Below, piece after piece: positions 57,562 to 64,000 of a DNA stretch of 64,000 bases. Numbering within the stretch: the first letter of the stretch is position 1; the number at the start of each line of letters is the position of its first letter. The position numbers and the translations under genes are program-made. The notes beneath the pieces are model-generated. The model made no database searches, was not told the origin of the DNA, and saw only the letters and a program-made list of their open reading frames with translations. Source of the stretch: Desulfobacterales bacterium (GTDB lineage: Bacteria > Desulfobacterota > Desulfobacteria > Desulfobacterales > UBA5616); assembly GCA_046483495.1 (NCBI GenBank), contig JAWODC010000067.1:32001-96000 (forward strand), in the 5' to 3' direction.

Positions 57562-58377
57562 CTAATCGGTCTCATCTGAAAAGCGTGCCTGGATCTGTCG
57601 AAATGATGCATTTACCGCATCCCAATCGACAATGTTCCACCATGCGTCGATAAACCTGCCGCGATTGTTTTCATACTGCAGATAATAGGCATGCTCCCAG
57701 ACATCGAGCGGCAGAAGGGGGTGAATGCCCGGACTCACTTTTAAATCGTGATCGTTTACCTGAAAAACAAGAAGTTGATTACCGATGGGCTCATATCCCA
57801 ACAGGGCCCACCCGCTGCCTTTGACGCCGCCGGCCACTTTTGAAAAATAGGTTTTAAAAACATCGAAAGATTCAAAATGCCGCTTGATGGCATCGGCGAT
57901 TTCGTTTTTCGGGGTTCCGCCGGCATTCGGCCCCATGGTGGCCCAGAAAAGTGTATGCAGCACGTGTCCGCCGGCATTGAAGCTCAGGTCTTTTTCCAGT
58001 CCGTGCAACCGGGCCATATCGATGCTTTTCGCATTCCGCAGATCTTCCAGGGCGGAAAGGGTTTTATTCAATCCGTCGACATAGCCCTGGTGATGCTTAT
58101 CATGATGAATTTTCATGATTTTTGAAGAAATATGCGGCTCTAAGGCGTCATAATCATAAGGAAGCTCCGGCAGCCGGTATTCACCATTCTGATAGGCTTG
58201 CGCCAACATCTTCTCCACGACCGGCTTGTTTTTCGGCGCCTTTTTCTCTGCTGCGCCGCCCGTTGTTGTCTTTTCCTGAGCGAAAGCATTCGTGGCGATC
58301 AGACCCAATCCGGCCAGGGCGGCGCCCGGAAAAACTTTGGTGAGAACGGAACGCCGGCTTAAATTTAACTCGTTCAT
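57562..58377 (-). CDS. Fe/Mn superoxide dismutase with Tat signal peptide
   Basis: SRRSVL twin-Arg plus AFA cleavage; LPYDYDALEP, HHDKHH, GGH..H, GSGW, DVWEHAYY. Confidence 0.92.
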   Translation of the reverse strand: MNELNLSRRSVLTKVFPGAALAGLGLIATNAFAQEKTTTGGAAEKKAPKNKPVVEKMLAQAYQNGEYRLPELPYDYDALEPHISSKIMKIHHDKHHQGYVDGLNKTLSALEDLRNAKSIDMARLHGLEKDLSFNAGGHVLHTLFWATMGPNAGGTPKNEIADAIKRHFESFDVFKTYFSKVAGGVKGSGWALLGYEPIGNQLLVFQVNDHDLKVSPGIHPLLPLDVWEHAYYLQYENNRGRFIDAWWNIVDWDAVNASFRQIQARFSDETD

Positions 58378-58729
58378 GAAGGTCTCCTTTCTTTCGGAAT
58401 TCGGGTATCGCTTTTTTTGTATCAGAGCGGGGGCAAATGCATATAAGGCCGATCATTTATTTTTCTTGCCCATCTGCAGTAATGCGATCTGCATCTGCCG
58501 CGGCATGGACTAGTCGGTGATGACTTATGATGCTCTTCTGCCGAAGAAACCATCATCTATAAGCAACGGCTTTGTCTTGAGGTTTCATGCAGAGTCTGGC
58601 ATAAAATGCATGAAATGGAATGCGATTCATTCGTATTGCGTTAAGGGCCGGAATGAACAGAAAGCCGGGGATTTTAAATGGATCGGCATTGCACGTTAAA
58701 CCGTTTGAAGAACCCCGAGGAGGCGGATC

Positions 58730-59632
58730 ATGGAAAAACCGAACTTTACCATCGTCGGGTGCGGCAGACTGGGAACCGCTTTAGGGAAACACTTGTCCAT
58801 GGCGGGATATCCCTTAAAGGGGCTTACCGGCGGTTCTCTTCGCTCGATACAGGAGACCGCGCGCATTATTGGAACGGACAAAATTTATGAAGTGCCGTGG
58901 GAAATATCCCGCACATCCGATGTGGTATTCATCACGACTCCGGATGGCGTCATCACCCGGGCATGCAGGACACTTGCGGAAAATAACGGTTTCAAGGAAG
59001 GTGCAATCGTTTTGCATTGCAGCGGAGCCCATCCGTCCACAATCCTGCAGCCGGCGCAAAAGGCCAAAGCAATGATCGGGTCCATGCATCCGCTTCAGAG
59101 TTTTGCTTCCAAGACGACGGCGGGCAATCCGTTTGCCGGCATCATCATTTCCGTCGAAGGGGTGGACACCGCCGTAAATGTCGCCCGGCGGATGGCGGAT
59201 GACCTGGGCGCCAAATGCCTGACCATCCCAACGGCGTCGAAAACCCTGTACCATGCATCTGCCGTGGTTGCTTCCAACTACCTGGTGACACTCCTGGAAT
59301 TGGCTTTCAAGCTTATCGGCACGGCCGGCATATCTCCCGATGAGGCGTTTGGCGTGCTGAAACCTCTTGTGGACGGGACATTGGCCAATATCCGGAAAAC
59401 GGGCATTCCCGAGGCGCTCACCGGCCCTATCGCCCGGGGCGACATGGAAACGGTCGGTCGACACGTGACGGAAATCATGGAAAAGATTCCGGAGACAGCG
59501 CCGCTGTATGGCCTTTTAGGCATTTACACGATCAATATAGCCCTTGAAAAGGGGACGCTTAACAAGGATGCCGCAAAGGCCCTTCAAAAAGTTTTGAAAG
59601 AAGCTGTGAATACAATGCCTCCGGGGCCTTAG
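58730..59632 (+). CDS. Rossmann-like + DUF2520 protein (PanG-type ketopantoate reductase candidate)
   Basis: VGCGRLG, TPD, HCSGA, HPLQSF, YHA.AV.ASN, LTGPIARGD...H. Confidence 0.82.
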   Translation: MEKPNFTIVGCGRLGTALGKHLSMAGYPLKGLTGGSLRSIQETARIIGTDKIYEVPWEISRTSDVVFITTPDGVITRACRTLAENNGFKEGAIVLHCSGAHPSTILQPAQKAKAMIGSMHPLQSFASKTTAGNPFAGIIISVEGVDTAVNVARRMADDLGAKCLTIPTASKTLYHASAVVASNYLVTLLELAFKLIGTAGISPDEAFGVLKPLVDGTLANIRKTGIPEALTGPIARGDMETVGRHVTEIMEKIPETAPLYGLLGIYTINIALEKGTLNKDAAKALQKVLKEAVNTMPPGP

Positions 59633-59642
59633 GCCGATATCG

Positions 59643-60053
59643 TCAGGCTTGATCCGAGTCCTCTGTGGCGGCAGGCAAATTCGCCAGCGCCCGATATAAT
59701 GCGCCGACCGCCAGTTCGGCGCAATGGGTAGAATCCTCGGGCAATGTTTCAAGGAATTCGACTACGGCTTCCGATGTAATACGCCAGGCCTCCCTTATGT
59801 TTTTCCCTTCCGCAAAATGCCCCACCGCATTTGCGCAGGCATGGGTATTCAGGCATCCATCGGCAACGTATGAAACCCGGTGAATGCGGCCGCCGCATGC
59901 CATTACAAAGAACTCGACCGTGTCGCCGCATTCCCCTGTATTTTTCCCATATCCATCCGGGGCGAGTACTTTTTCGGTACGATCCCGACGAAAAGCCATT
60001 TCGAGATAACGGGCGGAATGGGCCGTAAAAAAATTAAATCCTGATCGCGTCAT
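59643..60053 (-). CDS. NifU/IscU N-terminal-like Fe-S scaffold protein
   Basis: CGD, GC...AC and HCA.LA cysteine pattern; RBS GAGGAG. Confidence 0.8.
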   Translation of the reverse strand: MTRSGFNFFTAHSARYLEMAFRRDRTEKVLAPDGYGKNTGECGDTVEFFVMACGGRIHRVSYVADGCLNTHACANAVGHFAEGKNIREAWRITSEAVVEFLETLPEDSTHCAELAVGALYRALANLPAATEDSDQA

Positions 60054-60377
60054 GCGCCAAAAATCTCCTCTTACAAAAACTGCATAAGCTCTAATCTTTA
60101 TACTTCAGGACGACCGATTTCAATACATATTCCGTTTTGCGAACATTTTCCGCCGACGTTTTAAACAAGGAGGAATGTGCGCCTGCAGGCTCATGAATAC
60201 ATTTTGGGAAATCTTCCCGGGGGTGCGGATTTTCGTCCTCGAAAATGAAGCGGATGCCCTATAGACAAGGAGGGTGCAGCCGTTTTTTACAGTGTGAAAA
60301 AAAAAGCTACACCACAACCACCCATTTTTGCACTTTTCGGACTACCAAAGATGCACAATTGCAACCCGCATCCCGGA

Positions 60378-61637
60378 TCATGGGTGCAGGGTATCCGGGG
60401 TGAAATCCAGTGTGGCGAAATAATCGTGCAGCGTCTCCTCCCGACGAATCAATTCAACCGATCCATCGGTTTTCAATAAAAGTTCCTTGGGCCGGAGTCG
60501 CCCGTTGTAATTGAAACCCATGGCATGGCCGTGGGCACCGGTGTCGTGGATAACGAGAATATCGTCTTCCTCGATCGGAGGAAGCCGTCGCTCAACGGCG
60601 AACTTGTCATTGTTTTCACAAAGAGCGCCCACGACATCCGCCACCAGGGTTTTGGGCTCGTCCTTCTTGGCGGGCACACTGATGTGGTGGTATGCCCCGT
60701 AAAGCGCCGGCCGCATCAAGGCGGACATGCAGGCATCCACGCCGATATAGGTTCGATAGATGTCCTTCCGGTTGATTGCCGTTGTCACCAGGGCTCCGTG
60801 GGGGCCTGTCATGAATCGGCCGCTCTCCATTAAAAGTCGCGGCGCATAGCCGAATTTTTTTTCAAACCGTCGGAAAATTTCAGAAATCGCGCTTCCCATG
60901 GCATTCAGGTCAAGGGGTGTTTCATTCGGCTGGTACGGAATTCCAAGCCCGCCGCCGATGTTTATGAAATCAAACCGGATATTCAAGGCATTGGAAATAC
61001 GCACCACCTCATTTAGCAGCATCTCGGCCGTCATTACCATGTAGGTGTGGTCTATTTCATTCGACGCCAGCATGGTATGGAGCCCGAAATGGGATGCACC
61101 CCGATCGATTGCGGCCCGGTAAGCATCGATCAGCTGATCGTGGCTGACGCCGTATTTCGCCTCGATGGGATTGCCGATGATACGGCTGCCTGTTCTTCGG
61201 GGACCGGGATTGTATCGAAAGCAAATGGTTTCCGGCATATCCGGGACTTTGCGAACCAGGGTGATGTCATCGAGATTTAAAAGGCATCCGCCGTCTGCGG
61301 CCGCAGTTTCAAATTCTTCTTTTGAGGTGTTGTTGGATGTGAACATGATATCGTCACCGCGCCCCCCGATGCTGCGGCTTAATTCGAGCTCCGGTATGCT
61401 GCTGCAGTCGAATCCAAATCCCATATGTTTCATGATGCTGAGGATTCTCGGGTTGGGAAGCGCTTTTACCGCGTAGTATTCCCGGAATCCCTCGATTGAG
61501 GAAAAGGCGGTTTTCAGCCTCTCTCCGGTCTCCCGTATGCCCGTTTCATCGTAGATGTGAAAAGGCGTTTTGAAATGGCTTGTGATATCCGCCAGTTTTG
61601 GAAACAATCGATCCATAAATGAGGAAGACATCGGCAT
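60378..61637 (-). CDS. lysA: diaminopimelate decarboxylase
   Basis: TPF.IYDE, YAVKA (PLP Lys), NIGGG, ESGR, RPALYG.YH, G.LCE, GAHG. Confidence 0.92.
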   Translation of the reverse strand: MPMSSSFMDRLFPKLADITSHFKTPFHIYDETGIRETGERLKTAFSSIEGFREYYAVKALPNPRILSIMKHMGFGFDCSSIPELELSRSIGGRGDDIMFTSNNTSKEEFETAAADGGCLLNLDDITLVRKVPDMPETICFRYNPGPRRTGSRIIGNPIEAKYGVSHDQLIDAYRAAIDRGASHFGLHTMLASNEIDHTYMVMTAEMLLNEVVRISNALNIRFDFINIGGGLGIPYQPNETPLDLNAMGSAISEIFRRFEKKFGYAPRLLMESGRFMTGPHGALVTTAINRKDIYRTYIGVDACMSALMRPALYGAYHHISVPAKKDEPKTLVADVVGALCENNDKFAVERRLPPIEEDDILVIHDTGAHGHAMGFNYNGRLRPKELLLKTDGSVELIRREETLHDYFATLDFTPDTLHP

Positions 61638-61640
61638 GCG

Positions 61641-62870
61641 TCATACTCCTTTCAGCGCGGTCTTTATGCGGACAAGCGCTTCCTCGACATTTTTGCGGCT
61701 GTTGAAGGCACTGATTCGAATATAACCCCCGCCGCATTTCCCGAATCCGACACCCGGAGTGCAAACTACGCCGGCTCGGTTCAGCAGCAGATCGAAAAAA
61801 TCCCAGGAATCCCGTTCACCGTCGATCCAGATATAGGGGGAATGTATGCCGCCTGTGCATGCAAAACCCAGGGAACCCATTTCGTTTCGGATCATGGCGG
61901 CATTTTTCATGTAGTAATCCGTGAGTTCACGGATCTGCTTTTTGCCGTCATCGCTGTAGACCGCTTCCGCGGCCCGTTGAACAGGATAAGAGACGCCGTT
62001 GAATTTTGTGGTCTGCCTTCGATGCCACATTCGGTGAAGGGAGTGGGGCTTGTCGTCATGGTCATAGGCCACGCAGGATTTGGGCACCACCGTATAGGCG
62101 CACCGTGTTCCGGTGAAACCGGCTGTTTTGGAGAAGCTTCTGAACTCCACCGCGACCGAATCGGCTCCTGGTATTTCATAAATGGTTTTGGGAATGGCAT
62201 CATCCCGAATAAACGCTTCGTAGGCAGCGTCGAAAAGGATGAGTGCACGGTGTTCAACGGCGTAATCGACCCAGGTTTTCAAACGCTCCCGCGTAATAAC
62301 GGCGCCGGTGGGATTATTGGGAAAACAAAGATAAATCAAGTCAACGGCCGATTCGGGGAGATCCGGAACAAACCCGTTTTCCCGCGCGCACGGCAAATAC
62401 GTAATGCCGCCATACCGTCCATCCTGAAAAATGCCGGTGCGGCCGGCCATTACATTGGTGTCCAGGTAAACCGGATAAACGGGGTCCGGAATCGCGATTT
62501 GAATACATGTATCGAACAGTTCCTGGAAGTTTCCGGTGTCGCACTTGGCACCGTCGCTGATAAAAATTTCTTCCGCCGAAATGTCGGCATCCCTGGCTTG
62601 AAAATCCTCCAGCGCTATTTTATTCCGCAAAAAGTCGTATCCCTGCTCCGGACCGTATCCCCTGAAGGTCGCGTCACCCCTCATTTCATCGACCGCTGCG
62701 TGAAATGCCGTGATGCAGGCTTGGGGCAGGGCACGGGTGACGTCTCCGATTCCCAGGCGAATGATTTTCTTTTCCGGATTTTCGTTTTGAAATGCCGTCA
62801 CCCGCTGGGCGATTTCGGAAAATAGGTAGGATGTCTGAAGCTTCAGATAGTGCTCATTGATTCTGATCAT
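61641..62870 (-). CDS. dapL: LL-diaminopimelate aminotransferase
   Basis: [49 protein letters not shown]. Confidence 0.93.
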   Translation of the reverse strand: MIRINEHYLKLQTSYLFSEIAQRVTAFQNENPEKKIIRLGIGDVTRALPQACITAFHAAVDEMRGDATFRGYGPEQGYDFLRNKIALEDFQARDADISAEEIFISDGAKCDTGNFQELFDTCIQIAIPDPVYPVYLDTNVMAGRTGIFQDGRYGGITYLPCARENGFVPDLPESAVDLIYLCFPNNPTGAVITRERLKTWVDYAVEHRALILFDAAYEAFIRDDAIPKTIYEIPGADSVAVEFRSFSKTAGFTGTRCAYTVVPKSCVAYDHDDKPHSLHRMWHRRQTTKFNGVSYPVQRAAEAVYSDDGKKQIRELTDYYMKNAAMIRNEMGSLGFACTGGIHSPYIWIDGERDSWDFFDLLLNRAGVVCTPGVGFGKCGGGYIRISAFNSRKNVEEALVRIKTALKGV

Positions 62871-62886
62871 TTACCGCACTCTCCTG

Positions 62887-63354
62887 TCATATTTTCATTT
62901 TATCCTCGAGAGGAATTCGAGCCGTTTCCTTGAATGTCCCCAGCACGATACTGCTTTGAGTGGCAATGACGCCCTTAATGGACCGGATTTTATTTTGGAT
63001 GATGCGGTTTAACTCCGTGGTATCGGAAACCCGGACCTTCACCAGGTGACCGTCACCGCCGGTTGTATAATGAACTTCCTGAATTTCCGGTACCTCTGCA
63101 AGCATCCTGCCAATCGCATCCGAGTCGGCCTTTTCATCGGTTTTGATACTGATGAAGGCGACGAGGCTTTTCCCGAAACGTTTCGGGTTTAACCGGACTT
63201 CATACCCGTCGATAAACCCCTGTTTCTCCAGTTTTCGGATTCTTTCCAGCACGGCGGATGGGGCCATGCCCACCTGCCGGGCCACTTCGACGTTGGGTAT
63301 TCGGGCTTTTTCCTGAAGAATCTTCAGAATTTTAAAGCTAATATCGTCTATCAT
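62887..63354 (-). CDS. Lrp/AsnC family transcriptional regulator
   Basis: IL..LQ..AR....EVA..VG.....V.ERI.KLE..G.I.GY HTH plus RAM domain. Confidence 0.92.
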   Translation of the reverse strand: MIDDISFKILKILQEKARIPNVEVARQVGMAPSAVLERIRKLEKQGFIDGYEVRLNPKRFGKSLVAFISIKTDEKADSDAIGRMLAEVPEIQEVHYTTGGDGHLVKVRVSDTTELNRIIQNKIRSIKGVIATQSSIVLGTFKETARIPLEDKMKI

Positions 63355-63379
63355 TCGGAAATATCCCTAATTATCAGAA

Positions 63380-63408
63380 TTAGTACAGGAAGCATCACTC
63401 AAAGTCAA
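63380..63408 (-). promoter_or_regulatory. putative sigma70 promoter for lrp-dapL-lysA
   Basis: TTGACT-17bp-TACTAA on the minus strand. Confidence 0.45.
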
Positions 63409-63435
63409 GCATTTTATGTTCAAGAGGCCTTACGG

Positions 63436-64000
63436 CTAATCTCCGGTGAATTTCGGCTCACGTTTTTCAAGAAATGCCGTGATGCCTTCCTTGTAGTCCC
63501 GGGTCGTGGCGGTCAGGGCAAGCTGATCCATATCCATATGCATGATCGCCTGATCGAGGGCCGAGGAGACCGCATTGATGCTGCGCTTTATCATTTGGGC
63601 GGGGATGGGGGGCATTGCAGCGTAACCGCGTGCCATGGCCATGGCTTGGTCCATCAGCTCCTCTTTCGGTGCAACGGCGTCCAGAAATCCCCACTCCATA
63701 AGTGTTTCTGCGGTTTCCTGCCGAGCGAGAATGATAAACCGCTTGGCACGGGCCGGTCCGATCAGGTGAACGCACAACGGCACGGAGACCCAGGAAAGAC
63801 TCATTCCCAACCGGCATTCCGGGTAAGCGACAAAACAGTCGTCTGCACCGATGCGAAAGTCCATGGCCGAAACCATGCAGGCCGCTCCCCCCAAAGCGCC
63901 GCCGTTTATCGCTGCAATAGTGATCTGATTGATGTCCAATACCTTTTTCAGCATACGCGGGCCGATATGGGATTCCCGAATCCGCTGCAGCAGCGGTGCC
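63436..64000 (-). CDS. enoyl-CoA hydratase/isomerase family protein, 5' truncated by window edge
   Basis: TIAAING.ALGG, DFRI, PE..LG, EG..AFLEKR.P.F; frame is open to the window end. Confidence 0.88.
   Translation of the reverse strand, partial: APLLQRIRESHIGPRMLKKVLDINQITIAAINGGALGGAACMVSAMDFRIGADDCFVAYPECRLGMSLSWVSVPLCVHLIGPARAKRFIILARQETAETLMEWGFLDAVAPKEELMDQAMAMARGYAAMPPIPAQMIKRSINAVSSALDQAIMHMDMDQLALTATTRDYKEGITAFLEKREPKFTGD

Overview
A gene-dense chromosomal window, probably from an anaerobic deltaproteobacterium (Desulfobacterales/Desulfosarcina-like; inferred from gene content only). About 55 CDS can be supported. Most are housekeeping or metabolic: 2-oxoacid:ferredoxin oxidoreductase alpha/beta/gamma, hisC-cmk-rpsA-sppA, guaB-dnaE-manC, fabH, gltA, rsmA, hisS-aspS and lrp-dapL-lysA. 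I saw no rRNA, tRNA, CRISPR array, transposase or prophage. Four things stand out. (1) A 13.4-23.6 kb accessory block holds a type IV minor-pilin cassette (FimT/PilV/PilW/PilX-like; the PilW carries a 45-aa linker with 42 Ser/Thr). It lies between a GDP-mannose pyrophosphorylase and a translationally coupled operon encoding a DPM1-like GT2, a GT-C-like membrane protein with TPRs and an anchored surface protein. This is a candidate lipid-carrier protein/pilin O-glycosylation system. (2) A family of ~146-bp nested-palindrome elements (two full copies, one diverged copy with a compensatory base-pair change, one collapsed ends-only remnant); two copies begin exactly on a stop codon. (3) A long KamA-family radical SAM enzyme has the Lys/Asn signature of glutamate rather than lysine 2,3-aminomutase. 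(4) An acyl-CoA/amide catabolic cluster. All calls come from reading motifs by eye; no database searches were run.
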